Part shown: positions 49,114-59,834 of the stretch, one piece after another
How the letters are laid out: each line of letters begins with the position of its first letter
Position numbering within the stretch: the first letter of the stretch is position 1
NCBI GenBank assembly: GCA_002256765.1
Contig: NCHJ01000002.1
Span: forward strand, 225-64,224
Direction of reading: 5' to 3'
DNA length: 64,000 nucleotides
Origin: Bacteroidetes bacterium 24-39-8
GTDB taxonomy: Bacteria > Bacteroidota > Bacteroidia > Chitinophagales > Chitinophagaceae
The notes under the pieces: model-generated
Databases searched by the model: none
What the model saw: only the letters and a program-made list of their open reading frames with translations
What the model was told of the DNA's origin: nothing
Made by a program: the position numbers and the translations under genes

Positions 49114-51246
49114 CTATTCTTTGTCTACATCATGCTTACTATATGCTTCCATTAATTTTTTCTGTACTTCCATGGCTACTGGCGCATAGGAATTGAATTC
49201 CATATTAAATCTTGCCCTACCCTGTGTCAAACTTCTTAGGGAAGAGGAATATTGGTGCATTTGTGCCAACGGTACTTTGGCCGTAATTTTTTGAAAATGT
49301 CCTTCTGCTTCCATACCCTCCACTATGGCCATTCTTGTTTGCAAATCACCCATAACTGCTCCTACCTGATCATCTGGACAAGCAATCACCACTTGATAAA
49401 TGGGCTCTAATAATTGTGGGTCTGCGTCTTTGAATGCTGCCCTAAATGCTTGTAAGCCGGCAATCTTAAAGGAGATATCATTGCTATCTACTGGGTGCAT
49501 TTTACCATCATACACACTCACACGAACGTCTCTTACATAAGAACCTGTGATGGGTCCATTGTGCATTTTTTCCATGACCCCTTTTAAGATGGCTGGTAGA
49601 AAACGGGTATCAATGGCTCCACCTACAATGCAGTTGAGATAGACCAGTTTGCCTCCCCAATCCAGATTAATTTCTTCTCTTCCTCTAACGTGTAAACCTG
49701 GTGGATCAGTGATTCCTTCATACCAAGGTTCTACTAACATATACACTTCTCCAAACTGACCGGATCCGCCACTTTGTTTTTTATGCCGATAACTGGATTC
49801 GGCTTTTTTCCGAATGGTTTCTCGATAGGGAATTTTTGGTTTGTCAATGCTGATCTCTAGTTTGTGAATATGCGCAATCTTCCACTGAATCACTTGTAAA
49901 TGCAATTCACCCTGGCAGTGCAATAAGATCTGTCTTAATTCTGGTGAAACTTCAAACAATACCGTAGCGTCTTCACTGACCAATGTGTGCAAGACCTGAG
50001 AGAGTTTTTCTTCTTCACCCTTGTTCACGGTGGCAATGGCAACCGTTACATTGGGTTTTGGAAATTGAATGGGTGCTAATTCTATATTGGCTCCTTTTTC
50101 ATGCAGGGTATTGTTTACATGCGTAGACCTCAGTTTTAAAGTGGCCCCAATATCACCTGCTACCAATTCATTGACGGGAATTCTTTTGTGTCCTTCTAAT
50201 AAGAGCAGCTGGTTGAACTGTTCTGTAACCCCTGTATTTTCATTCAGCAATTCAGCACCCATTTTAATGGTACCACTATACACTTTGAACAAACTCAGTT
50301 CTCCAATATGTGGTTCGGTGATGGTTTTAAATATAAAAATACAAGCGGGTCCATTGGGGTCACAGGGTAGCAATTTGCCAGACATGGTTTTTTGAGGAGG
50401 CATTTCTACAGCACTAGGACAAACATTGTCTATAAAACTTAGGATTCTTCCAATGCCTATATTTTTTTCTGCCGATGCACAGAACAAGGGAAATATATGG
50501 TGCAGGATCATGGAATTGTGTAATCCCAGTTTCATATCATTCTCGTCTAGTTCTCCTTGGTCAAAATATTTTTCCATTAAACCCTCGTCATTGGCAGCAA
50601 TGGTTTCTACTAGCTCTTTGTGTAATTGGTCTGCTTTTTCTTTTAAATGCGCAGGTATGGGTTCTTTGCTTGGCTTGCCACCATCGGGACCATATTGGTA
50701 CATGGTCATATTGAGCACGTCAATAATGGCGTTAAAATTTGCACCCGTATCTACTGGAAACTGCACCACTACTACATTGGGTCCAAAATGCGCTTTTGCT
50801 TCTTGAACGGTTTTATCAAAGTCGGCACCCTCTTTGTCTAGTTGGTTTACAACAAAGAGCGTGGGCGTTTTAAATTGATCTGTGTATTCCCAGATAATAT
50901 CGGTTCCTACTTCTACCCCTACACTAGCATTGAGGATCATGAGACCCGTATCGGCCACGCGTAAAGCACTGATGAGTTCACCAGAAAAATCATTGTATCC
51001 TGGCGTATCTATAATATTGATTTTATAGTTTTTCCAAACCGTATGCATTAGAGACGCAAAAACAGAACTTTGGCGTTCTGTTTCTAATTCGTGGTAATCA
51101 CTGACGGTATTTTTTGCAAGTATGGAACCGGGTCTGTTGATGAGTCCGGCTTCAAATAACATGCTTTCTGCTAGCGTGGTCTTTCCGCAGCCGGGATGAC
51201 CCAGCAACGCTATATTTTTTACATGGTTGGAATCAAAACTGGCCAT
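49114..51246 (-). CDS. fusA2: Elongation factor G paralogue (EF-G2 type)
   Basis: EF-G architecture (GHPGCGKT, GELHL, YRETI, HKKQSGGSGQFG, HPVDS, LLEP) with divergent GTPase motifs RQSS, DTPGY and NQLD. Confidence 0.9.
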   Translation of the reverse strand: MASFDSNHVKNIALLGHPGCGKTTLAESMLFEAGLINRPGSILAKNTVSDYHELETERQSSVFASLMHTVWKNYKINIIDTPGYNDFSGELISALRVADTGLMILNASVGVEVGTDIIWEYTDQFKTPTLFVVNQLDKEGADFDKTVQEAKAHFGPNVVVVQFPVDTGANFNAIIDVLNMTMYQYGPDGGKPSKEPIPAHLKEKADQLHKELVETIAANDEGLMEKYFDQGELDENDMKLGLHNSMILHHIFPLFCASAEKNIGIGRILSFIDNVCPSAVEMPPQKTMSGKLLPCDPNGPACIFIFKTITEPHIGELSLFKVYSGTIKMGAELLNENTGVTEQFNQLLLLEGHKRIPVNELVAGDIGATLKLRSTHVNNTLHEKGANIELAPIQFPKPNVTVAIATVNKGEEEKLSQVLHTLVSEDATVLFEVSPELRQILLHCQGELHLQVIQWKIAHIHKLEISIDKPKIPYRETIRKKAESSYRHKKQSGGSGQFGEVYMLVEPWYEGITDPPGLHVRGREEINLDWGGKLVYLNCIVGGAIDTRFLPAILKGVMEKMHNGPITGSYVRDVRVSVYDGKMHPVDSNDISFKIAGLQAFRAAFKDADPQLLEPIYQVVIACPDDQVGAVMGDLQTRMAIVEGMEAEGHFQKITAKVPLAQMHQYSSSLRSLTQGRARFNMEFNSYAPVAMEVQKKLMEAYSKHDVDKE

Positions 51247-51252
51247 GATGCT

Positions 51253-51609
51253 TTATTTAAGAATGAATTGATGAAATTCCGCTTTCAGGTTTTCAATAAA
51301 ACCTAGTAGTGCATCTAGTTTCTCCTTTAGGTAGTGGTGGGGAATTCGATGACCAAAATTGGGGTGTCTTTCTGCTTCTGTAACATGGTGTTTGATCTCA
51401 TGTTTGAGGTCATGAACATTAATTAGTTGAATATGGAATTGGTTGTGAAAATGTTCAATCCCTTCAAGGGTCTTATGTTCTGTTTTTCCCGGGGCAAATA
51501 GGTACAATTCGTTTTTAAGTTGATTAATCATTTCCTTGTATTTGGCCAGTGTCTGGTGCCAAATTTTGCACTCTTCAATGAGCGCTAAATGCTGTTCAGC
51601 GGTAATCAT
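51253..51609 (-). CDS. His-rich helical hypothetical protein
   Basis: Likely ATG at 51609; ends 6 bp before the EF-G2 start. Contains EHFHNQFHIQ and HDLKHEIKHH. Confidence 0.75.
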   Translation of the reverse strand: MITAEQHLALIEECKIWHQTLAKYKEMINQLKNELYLFAPGKTEHKTLEGIEHFHNQFHIQLINVHDLKHEIKHHVTEAERHPNFGHRIPHHYLKEKLDALLGFIENLKAEFHQFILK

Positions 51610-51689
51610 TGCAATCAATTTAAGAGGTAAATAAAATACCGTTCTTGGTTAAGAATAATGGCAGAATAAATTTAAAAAAGGCCTAAAAA

Positions 51690-51717
51690 AATAACCATGA
51701 CAATCGTCATGGTTATT
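51690..51717. promoter_or_regulatory. Perfect 12-bp inverted repeat, core ATGAC-N4-GTCAT (candidate Crp/Fnr-type operator, or a terminator)
   Basis: AATAACCATGAC-AATC-GTCATGGTTATT, about 80 bp upstream of the hypothetical-EF-G2 pair. Confidence 0.5.
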
Positions 51718-51722
51718 CCTGT

Positions 51723-51758
51723 AAAAAGGGGCTAATATCCAATATAACGCCCCTTTTT
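51723..51758 (-). terminator. Probable terminator for the GT39 gene
   Basis: AAAAAGGGGC-N16-GCCCCTTTTT. Confidence 0.55.
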
Positions 51759-51778
51759 AAGAAGCCATTTTATTAGCA

Positions 51779-53305
51779 CTAATGTCTGTTTTTCTCTTCA
51801 GCTATTTCTTTTTTAATCAATTGGTTTAGGTCAATCTTTGTGTTTTTCAAAATAAGGATAGTGGTCCCTTTTTCTCTAGCAAATGGCGATACTATTTCTC
51901 CAAATTTTACCACTGATTCAAAATTTGTTTGTTGATCTGCCATTTCCCTTTCAACGTCTTTGGATTCCTTTACCTGAATCACGTGTTTGATAGGTTCTTT
52001 TAAGCTAAGCCAGTTTAGATAATCTGCATCGTAAGAAATAGCTTGAACTCCTTTGATTTTGGAATAATAATTTACAGCACCCACTTGACCATAATTGTCA
52101 CAATACACAAGGGTATGTTTTGGATCATTGATTCTTATAATTGCACTATCCACTTTTGCGGCCATTTCATTCCAACCCAACATGTCTGCAAAATCTTGTG
52201 GTAGTTCATGGTTCTTTCCGTCTTCCCATCTAATCAATCCAAACTTTTTAAAATCTGCCTCATTCGTCCGCATCTGATCTGGTGTTTGAATAGGAAAGAT
52301 GAGGGTGAACATGGGTATCATAATGGCAAAAGGAAAGACCAAGCAAACTGGTTTTAAATAAACACGCCATGACTTTGACAAAACCTGTTCTAAATACACG
52401 GCCCCAAAAGCCAATAAAACAGGATAGAGCCCAATGGCATAATAGGCTTTGGCTTTGAAAAATAGAAAGAAACCAATGCTACAACAAAAACCCCAGAGCA
52501 AAACCCTAAATGGCTTAAAGGGTTGGTACCTAAAAAAGCCAACAAAAGCGGTTACTAGAACAAAAATAGCAGCAAAGAAAAATAGCAACTGTTCTTTGAT
52601 AAAATGCGAACGCTCAACGTTCACCAATTGCGTTCTTTGTAATTCTTGCATATGCGCTACTACCGGAAAATTATTCACCCATTGCCAATAGAGGTTGGGT
52701 GCAATCAGGACTAAGCACAGCAAAATGGAAAAATAAAAATGTGGTTTCGTAAAAATTTTTCTTTGTTCTGTGATCAATAATGCAGGGAATAATCCCAATA
52801 GCAAAAAAACAATATTGTATTTGTTCAAGAAACCCAATGCCACAGCAACAGCCAAATAGTACAACCATTTTTGATGTTCCGTTTGAATATACTTCACCAC
52901 AAAATAGTATGCAGTAGTCCAAATGAAGATTTCAAATGAATTGGGTTGAAACAGAATATTGATGCGCAACAATGCAGACATCAAAATAGCAATAGCACCC
53001 ATGCACAATGCAAAGATTCCACCATTTAAAGTTTCAATGATTTTCCAAACCATCAAAATGGTCAGTGCTCCAAATAGTGCAGGAAAAAACTTGACCCAGA
53101 AAACCCCATTACCCAATTGTAAAATCAACCAAGCCATCCAAGAGCTGAATGGTGGAACTGATTGAAAACCCCAAGCCAAATGCTTGGCTTGGTCTAAATG
53201 CAGGTATTCATCACGATGTAAATCAAATACCGGATTGATTAATTGAAATTGGAGAATCATTTTGATTAGCAAAAAGCCAACCAATACCACTATGGTTTTC
53301 TTCAT
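51779..53305 (-). CDS. GT-C fold glycosyltransferase (GT39/ArnT/PMT-like)
   Basis: HRDEYLH, GFQSVPP, GFLNKY, PNLYWQ, KAYY, and many TM helices. Confidence 0.85.
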   Translation of the reverse strand: MKKTIVVLVGFLLIKMILQFQLINPVFDLHRDEYLHLDQAKHLAWGFQSVPPFSSWMAWLILQLGNGVFWVKFFPALFGALTILMVWKIIETLNGGIFALCMGAIAILMSALLRINILFQPNSFEIFIWTTAYYFVVKYIQTEHQKWLYYLAVAVALGFLNKYNIVFLLLGLFPALLITEQRKIFTKPHFYFSILLCLVLIAPNLYWQWVNNFPVVAHMQELQRTQLVNVERSHFIKEQLLFFFAAIFVLVTAFVGFFRYQPFKPFRVLLWGFCCSIGFFLFFKAKAYYAIGLYPVLLAFGAVYLEQVLSKSWRVYLKPVCLVFPFAIMIPMFTLIFPIQTPDQMRTNEADFKKFGLIRWEDGKNHELPQDFADMLGWNEMAAKVDSAIIRINDPKHTLVYCDNYGQVGAVNYYSKIKGVQAISYDADYLNWLSLKEPIKHVIQVKESKDVEREMADQQTNFESVVKFGEIVSPFAREKGTTILILKNTKIDLNQLIKKEIAEEKNRH

Positions 53306-53314
53306 ATAATAGAG

Positions 53315-54154
53315 TTAGCTATTTGCAGCGGCCTCCAAAACAGCTATTTCTAATTTGCGCATTTTCAATAAGGCTTCCATTACTTTTTGACCATTATTAG
53401 AATGGCTCATAAGTTTACTCAGTGAGGCTGGAATAATTTGCCAAGAAACGCCAAACTTGTCTTTGAGCCAACCACACATAGATTCCTGCCCTCCATTTGC
53501 AATTAAGCTATTCCAGTATTTGTCAATTTCTGCTTGGTTCTCACATTGAACTACAAATGAAAGCGCTTCATTGAATTGAAAATAATGATCACCGGGTCCA
53601 TCCATTAGGATAATGGGTTTATCCATCAAGTGCATTTGACCAAACATGAGTTTGCCTGCTTGTTCTGGATTTTCAGGTCCATATAATTCAGTAACATCTA
53701 TTCCTGAAGAAGGGAAAATGGAAGTATAGAATTGCATGGCTGATTGGGCATTGCCAAACTGCATATTAGAAAATAGCATAGAAGGTAGCAGAAGGTTATT
53801 ATCGCTTAACATCAATTGCCAGGTCAAACCAAATTTGTCTTTTAACCAACCATATCTTTCACTCCAAGGGTACTTATCTATTGGCATTAAAACTGAGCCA
53901 CCATCTACCAGTTTTTCCCATGCAAGGTTCAAGGCTTCAATATTGTCAAAATTGGCAAATACAGAAATACTGGCATTTAACTGAAACATGGGTCCTCCAT
54001 TTAGCCCCATAAATCTTTGACCATTTAATTCCCAATTGACCACCATGGGACTTTCTTGAAGAATAGACGCATTCGGGAAAACAGAACAATAAAATGTTGC
54101 TGCAGCTTTGGCTTGTCCATCAAACCAAAGACAGGGATAGGTTTTTTCTGACAT
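53315..54154 (-). CDS. VOC/PhnB (3-demethylubiquinone-9 methyltransferase-like) tandem-domain protein
   Basis: PCLWFDGQA, and GWLKDKFG.(T/S)WQ twice. Confidence 0.88.
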   Translation of the reverse strand: MSEKTYPCLWFDGQAKAAATFYCSVFPNASILQESPMVVNWELNGQRFMGLNGGPMFQLNASISVFANFDNIEALNLAWEKLVDGGSVLMPIDKYPWSERYGWLKDKFGLTWQLMLSDNNLLLPSMLFSNMQFGNAQSAMQFYTSIFPSSGIDVTELYGPENPEQAGKLMFGQMHLMDKPIILMDGPGDHYFQFNEALSFVVQCENQAEIDKYWNSLIANGGQESMCGWLKDKFGVSWQIIPASLSKLMSHSNNGQKVMEALLKMRKLEIAVLEAAANS

Positions 54155-54170
54155 AAATGGAAGTTAGTGT

Positions 54171-54566
54171 TTAATTGCTTTTTTCAGACCTATCTGACAA
54201 CCATTTTCCAAGATAGGCGCCAACCAAGGATGGAAGGGCGTACAAGATGAAAACCAAGAACTCAAAAGGAATTAAATTATGGCTACCGCTATAGACCGTT
54301 GCTTCATATAGCGCAGTTATTGGAAAAATCAGGATCAAACAGATGCCTGCTAACCAGGGCTTGAGTTCCATTAAATAACCTACGGCAAGCCCAGCTATCA
54401 AAAATAAAATGCCAGCTGTAATACCATAATTGTTTTTCAAAAAACTGGAATAATGGTATTCACCCTGCGGGGTTGTAGGTGTTTCTAATATGATACTAAC
54501 TAATAGGATTAAGAGAAATCCTATGAATACCAAAAAGAGGTACTGTATGAGTTTACCAAAAAACAT
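54171..54566 (-). CDS. Hypothetical membrane protein (about 4 TM)
   Basis: Hydrophobic segments and an SHNLIPFE motif. Confidence 0.65.
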   Translation of the reverse strand: MFFGKLIQYLFLVFIGFLLILLVSIILETPTTPQGEYHYSSFLKNNYGITAGILFLIAGLAVGYLMELKPWLAGICLILIFPITALYEATVYSGSHNLIPFEFLVFILYALPSLVGAYLGKWLSDRSEKSN

Positions 54567-54801
54567 AGGGCAGTTTTTTATGGTTTATCTACAGTAAAAT
54601 ACAACAAAAAACAGGAATGTCAATAGCCCTTAAATTCTTTTACAAACCACTTTACCCAAGGGGGTATTGGATTCCACTAAAACCAATTGTCCATTTTGGT
54701 ACTCGCAATTTCTTATTACGCATGAATGACTCTACTATTTTTATCCTTGAATAACTTTTTGAAAACAAACACTTTTCTCTGAGTAAAAGCTATCATAACC
54801 T

Positions 54802-57189
54802 CTAAGAACCACAACTCAAACAACCTTCTTCCATGCTACAACTAGGCCCACTTGAAAGAGTAGCTGTTACATCGTTTCCATCATTTTGTTGGTCTATTCC
54901 TGGAATAATCGGATTAATATCTATAGATCCCTGTTTTTCAACTGTAAACTGAATTGCTTGAGCAGCAGCTTGACTTCTTAAATAATACATACCGGTTTTT
55001 AACCCCTTTTTCCATGCATAAAAATGCATAGAAGTCAGTTTTGAAGCTGTTGGATTGTCTACAAATAGATTGAGAGATTGTGACTGACAAATAAAAGCAC
55101 CCCTATCTGCCGCCATATCTATCAAGTTTCTTTGTTTGATTTCCCAAACCGTTTTATACAGTTCTTTTAGATTAGTTGGAATTTCTTCTATATGTTGAAT
55201 AGATCCGTTAGCTCCAATAATTTTGTTTTTCATGTTGTTATTCCATAGCCCCAAGTTTACTAGGTCTTTCAACAAATGTTTATTCACTATAATAAACTCA
55301 CCACTAAGTACCCTTCTTGTATAGATATTACTTGTATATGGCTCAAAGCATTCGTTATTTCCAAAAATCTGAGAAGTAGATGCCGTTGGCATAGGTGCTA
55401 ATAGAAGTGAATTCCTAATTCCATGGGTTTGAACAGCTAGTTTTAAAGTATCCCAATCCCATCTATCAGAGGGAGTGATTCCCCACATATCAAATTGAAA
55501 AATACCTTTAGAAACCGGGGATCCAGCAAAAGTTTCATAAGGTCCCTGTTCTTTTGCTAGGTCCATACTAGCAGTCATGGAAGCAAAATATAGGGTCTCA
55601 AAAATATTCTTATTTAAAATTTTTGCTAAATCACTTTCAAAAGGAAGCCTTAATAGAATAAAAACATCCGCTAAACCCTGCACCCCTAAACCAATGGGTC
55701 TATGTTTGGTATTACTATTTTTAGCTTCTTCAATTGGATAGTAATTATGGTCAATGATTTTATTTAAGTTCTTTGTAACTTGATAGGTAACATCATATAA
55801 TCTTTGATGATCAAATTTACCATCAATAACAAACCGTGGAAGTGCAAGCGAGGCAAGGTTACAAACAGCAACTTCTTCTGGGCTGGTAAACTCCATGATC
55901 TCAGTACATAAATTACTACTTTTTATAGTACCTAAATTCTGTTGGTTGCTTTTCCCATTTGCAGCGTCCTTATATAATAAATAAGGTGTACCAGTTTCTA
56001 TTTGAGATTGGATAATAGCAAACCAAAGATCCTGTGCCTTGATTGTTTTTCTAGCCCTGCCGTCTTGTTCATATTGTTGGTACAGCAACTCAAATTCTTT
56101 GCCCCAACAATCGCTCAAGCCTGGTGCTTCATTTGGACAAAAAAGACTCCAAGCGCCATTTTCTTCTACTCTTTTCATAAATAAATCACAGATCCACAAG
56201 GCATAAAACAAATCCCTAGCCCTCATTTCTTCTTTTCCGTGATTTTTTCTAAGATCTAAAAATTCAAATACATCAGCATGCCAAGGCTCTAAATAAATTG
56301 CAAAAGCACCTTTTCTCTTTCCGCCGCCTTGGTCAACATATCTAGCTGTGTCATTGAATACTTTTAGCATAGGAACAATTCCATTGCTTGTGCCATTGGT
56401 TCCGCCAATATAACTGCCAGTTGCTCTAATATTATGTATGGCTAGACCAATTCCTCCTGCACTTTGTGATATTTTAGCTGTTTGTTTAAGTGTATCATAA
56501 ATTCCCTCAATACTATCATCTTTCATTGTAAGTAAAAAGCAAGAGCTCATTTGTGGCTTAGGTGTTCCTGCATTGAAAAGAGTTGGAGTAGCATGGGTCA
56601 TCCAGCGTTCACTCATTAAATGATAAGTAGTAATAACACTTTCTATATCATTTTTATGAATCCCTACCGCAACCCTCATATACATGTGCTGTGGCCTTTC
56701 TGCAATTTTTCCCTCAATTTTTAGTAAATAGGACTTTTCGAGTGTTTTGAAACCAAAATAATCAAAACCAAAGTCTCTATCATAAATAATGGTACTATCT
56801 AATATTTCCGCATTTGCTTCAATGATGTCCATTACATCATCCGCAATCAACGGCAATTTTTTGCCAGTAGTCTTGTCTACATAACCATGAAGTAGGCGCA
56901 TGGTTTCTGAAAATCGCTTTAATGTACTTTTGTGTAAATTACTAACAGCTATTCTAGAAGCAAGAATGGCGTAATCTGGGTGGGTTATGGTTAAAGATGC
57001 GGCTGTTTCTGCCGCAAGATTGTCCAATGTAGTTGTTGGTACGCCTGCGTAGATTCCTTCAATGGTTTTTTTTGCAACGTCTATTACGTTTACCATTGGG
57101 CTTAATCCATAACTCAACTTCTCAATTCTCGCGGTTACTTTATCAAATTTAACCGGTTCCTGTTTACCACTTCTTTTTATTACAAACAT
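54802..57189 (-). CDS. nrdA: Class Ia ribonucleotide reductase alpha subunit with ATP cone
   Basis: [48 protein letters not shown], and C-terminal CLSC. Confidence 0.97.
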   Translation of the reverse strand: MFVIKRSGKQEPVKFDKVTARIEKLSYGLSPMVNVIDVAKKTIEGIYAGVPTTTLDNLAAETAASLTITHPDYAILASRIAVSNLHKSTLKRFSETMRLLHGYVDKTTGKKLPLIADDVMDIIEANAEILDSTIIYDRDFGFDYFGFKTLEKSYLLKIEGKIAERPQHMYMRVAVGIHKNDIESVITTYHLMSERWMTHATPTLFNAGTPKPQMSSCFLLTMKDDSIEGIYDTLKQTAKISQSAGGIGLAIHNIRATGSYIGGTNGTSNGIVPMLKVFNDTARYVDQGGGKRKGAFAIYLEPWHADVFEFLDLRKNHGKEEMRARDLFYALWICDLFMKRVEENGAWSLFCPNEAPGLSDCWGKEFELLYQQYEQDGRARKTIKAQDLWFAIIQSQIETGTPYLLYKDAANGKSNQQNLGTIKSSNLCTEIMEFTSPEEVAVCNLASLALPRFVIDGKFDHQRLYDVTYQVTKNLNKIIDHNYYPIEEAKNSNTKHRPIGLGVQGLADVFILLRLPFESDLAKILNKNIFETLYFASMTASMDLAKEQGPYETFAGSPVSKGIFQFDMWGITPSDRWDWDTLKLAVQTHGIRNSLLLAPMPTASTSQIFGNNECFEPYTSNIYTRRVLSGEFIIVNKHLLKDLVNLGLWNNNMKNKIIGANGSIQHIEEIPTNLKELYKTVWEIKQRNLIDMAADRGAFICQSQSLNLFVDNPTASKLTSMHFYAWKKGLKTGMYYLRSQAAAQAIQFTVEKQGSIDINPIIPGIDQQNDGNDVTATLSSGPSCSMEEGCLSCGS

Positions 57190-57206
57190 TGCTTCTGATT
57201 TATTAA

Positions 57207-58178
57207 TTAAAAATCCTCTTCAGTTGAAAATACTTGAGATTCTTTGTTTCCCATTACACCGGCCTTTTGATAATCTCCAACCCTTTTTTCAAAGAAATTT
57301 GTCTTGCCTTGTAAAGAAATCATTTCCATAAAATCAAACGGATTACTTACCAGGTATACTTTGGCATAGCCCAATTGATCTAACCATCTGTCTGCAACAA
57401 ATTCAATGTATTGCTGCATTAGTTTTGCATTCATGCCTATCAAATCAACGGGTAATGCTTCAGTAATAAATTCCTTTTCTATTGTTACTGCATCCTTGAT
57501 AATGGAATGTACTTCTTGCTCAGATAATTTATTTTCCAGCATTCCATAAAGTAAACAAGCAAATTCACAATGTAATCCCTCATCCCGGCTAATTAACTCA
57601 TTGCTAAAAGTAAGTCCAGGCATTAATCCTCTTTTTTTCATCCAGAAAATAGAGCAGAAGCTGCCACTAAAAAAAATACCTTCAACCGCTGCAAATGCTA
57701 CTAATCGTTCTGCAAAACTTCCGTTTTTAATCCATCTTAGTGCCCATTCTGCTTTTTTCTTTACAGCAGGAACAGTATCAATGGCGTGAAATAATTTATG
57801 TTTTTCTTGAGGGTCTTTTATATAGGTATCTATTAATAGTGCGTAGGTTTCACTATGAATATTTTCCATCATAATTTGAAAACCATAAAAACATCTTGCT
57901 TCTGGTAATTGAACTTCACTCATGAAATTCACCGCCAGGTTTTCATTTACTATTCCATCACTTGCAGCAAAGAAGGCTAGCACGTGAGAAATAAAATGCC
58001 TTTCTCCATTATTTAAATTTTCCCAGTCTTTTAAGTCGCTACTCAGGTCAATCTCTTCAGCAGTCCAAAAACTTGCTTCATGACGTTTATACTGTTCCCA
58101 AATGCTGGGATAGTTAATAGGAAGAATTACAAAACGTTCTTTGTTTTCCCTTAATAGAATTTCATTAGATTCTTTCAT
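57207..58178 (-). CDS. nrdB: Class Ia ribonucleotide reductase beta subunit
   Basis: [40 protein letters not shown]. Confidence 0.97.
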   Translation of the reverse strand: MKESNEILLRENKERFVILPINYPSIWEQYKRHEASFWTAEEIDLSSDLKDWENLNNGERHFISHVLAFFAASDGIVNENLAVNFMSEVQLPEARCFYGFQIMMENIHSETYALLIDTYIKDPQEKHKLFHAIDTVPAVKKKAEWALRWIKNGSFAERLVAFAAVEGIFFSGSFCSIFWMKKRGLMPGLTFSNELISRDEGLHCEFACLLYGMLENKLSEQEVHSIIKDAVTIEKEFITEALPVDLIGMNAKLMQQYIEFVADRWLDQLGYAKVYLVSNPFDFMEMISLQGKTNFFEKRVGDYQKAGVMGNKESQVFSTEEDF

Positions 58179-58275
58179 ACCATTTGTTTTAGGATAATAG
58201 ACGGTGCTGAAAGAGGGTCACAGATTGCGACAATCCATCAGTACTGCTTTCACCCGAAGCTGTTACTAAATTGAT

Positions 58276-58437
58276 GATTTTGGCAGGTCTTCTGACTTGC
58301 TTCATTGTTCAAAGCCTTCCCGTTGTTGAACAGTGGCAATTTTTGAACAAATATTGGAAGCTTACAGCTACGGGGATAGTCCTGGATTTTCACCGGGTTC
58401 CCTATTAATGCAATACCAAGTATGTGCAACCAAAATC
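58276..58437 (-). ncRNA. Cobalamin (B12) riboswitch upstream of nrdBA
   Basis: Minus strand: P1 GATTTTGG/CCAAAATC, AATAGGGAACCCGGTGAAAATCC, CCCCGTAGCTGTAA, GCCACTG, CGGGAAGGC, and B12 box AAGTCAGAAGACCTGCC. Confidence 0.93.
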
Positions 58438-58610
58438 TTGAATGAAATAAGTTTGTTTTAAGATAATAAACAGAATTTCTTATTAACGTGGTGTTGAAAA
58501 CAAAAAAATCCTTGTAATTAAGAGGGATTTATAAGATAGATTTTATAAAAGAAATCCTATATTTTAAATTAATGAATTTTTGAAAAAAATGACCATTCTC
58601 AAGAACTAAA

Positions 58611-59834
58611 TCACTTCTGCACAATTTTGCTAACGCGATAGACTAAAAAGATAGTGATGATCATGGTACCAGTGGCTATCATGGCCAACCAATCATAATG
58701 TTCTAAAGGTGCGTAGCGATCTTTTTGTACAATCACCCAACCGGCAATCATGGCGCCAAAACCACCGGCCATTTGTTGCAAAGAAGCGTTGATGCTCATA
58801 AAGGAACCGCGATACTGTGGTGCTGGAATGGCCGATGTTAGGGCCGATGCGGGAACCATTCTGCTCATGATGGCCACCATCATACAAACATTGGTGACCA
58901 AGACTATCCAAAATGGTGTTTCAGCATAATGCGCATAAATATTGATGACTACTGCTGCAATTAACGTTGCAATTGCAAAGATTTTAAATCGGTCAACTCG
59001 ATCACTCATCTTTCCAATCAGGGGCATGGAAATTAATGCAGCAACACCTGTTACCATAAACAGTATGGGCAATTGGTGTGTACTGATTTTTAAATTATTG
59101 ATGGCAAACGCTGAACCAAAAGGCATCATCATAAAACCACCAATGGATAAAAGGGCAGTAGACATAAATCCAATGCGATGATTTTTTAAAGTAACAGTAT
59201 GTAAAAGGTGTTTCAGTACTGTATTTTCCTGTTGCAGTGCTAAGTGCGCTGTTAGTGGTTGGAGCTTGATCAAAATGATAATGGCAATGATGGCCGCTAG
59301 CCCAGCGATGGCCAAGAAGGGAACATGCCAGCCCCATTGGTTGGCAATGTACAAGCCAATTGGAATACCCATGACCTGACTCACGCCAAAACCCATTTGA
59401 ATAAAGCCCATCACTTTTCCCCTTTGTTGAAAGTCAAATAAATCAGCAACAATGGCCAAGGAAATAGAACCAATGACCCCACCAAAAATGCCAGTTACAA
59501 TTCTAGCAGCCACCAACCAAAAATGATTGGGTGCCAAGGCGCAGAAAAATGTGCCAATGACAAAACCAGAATAAAAAAACAGCAGGAGTTTTTTTCGATC
59601 ATACTTGTCTGCAAACCCCGCCGTTAATAAACCAGAAATCCCCGCACTAAATGCATAGGCAGAAACAGCCACACCAAATTGAGCTGTGTTAATGTTCATA
59701 GACTTCATCATGATATCTCCTAACGGAGACATAACCATGAAATCCAATACCACCGTGAATTGTGTGATGGCTAATAAGAAAATCACTAGTTTCTGATAGT
59801 AACTAAGTGCTGGAGCCGGCGAGGAATTTGTCAT
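58611..59834 (-). CDS. MFS transporter
   Basis: Motif A (ADKYDRKK), ARIVTGIFGG, 12 TM helices. Confidence 0.92.
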   Translation of the reverse strand: MTNSSPAPALSYYQKLVIFLLAITQFTVVLDFMVMSPLGDIMMKSMNINTAQFGVAVSAYAFSAGISGLLTAGFADKYDRKKLLLFFYSGFVIGTFFCALAPNHFWLVAARIVTGIFGGVIGSISLAIVADLFDFQQRGKVMGFIQMGFGVSQVMGIPIGLYIANQWGWHVPFLAIAGLAAIIAIIILIKLQPLTAHLALQQENTVLKHLLHTVTLKNHRIGFMSTALLSIGGFMMMPFGSAFAINNLKISTHQLPILFMVTGVAALISMPLIGKMSDRVDRFKIFAIATLIAAVVINIYAHYAETPFWIVLVTNVCMMVAIMSRMVPASALTSAIPAPQYRGSFMSINASLQQMAGGFGAMIAGWVIVQKDRYAPLEHYDWLAMIATGTMIITIFLVYRVSKIVQK

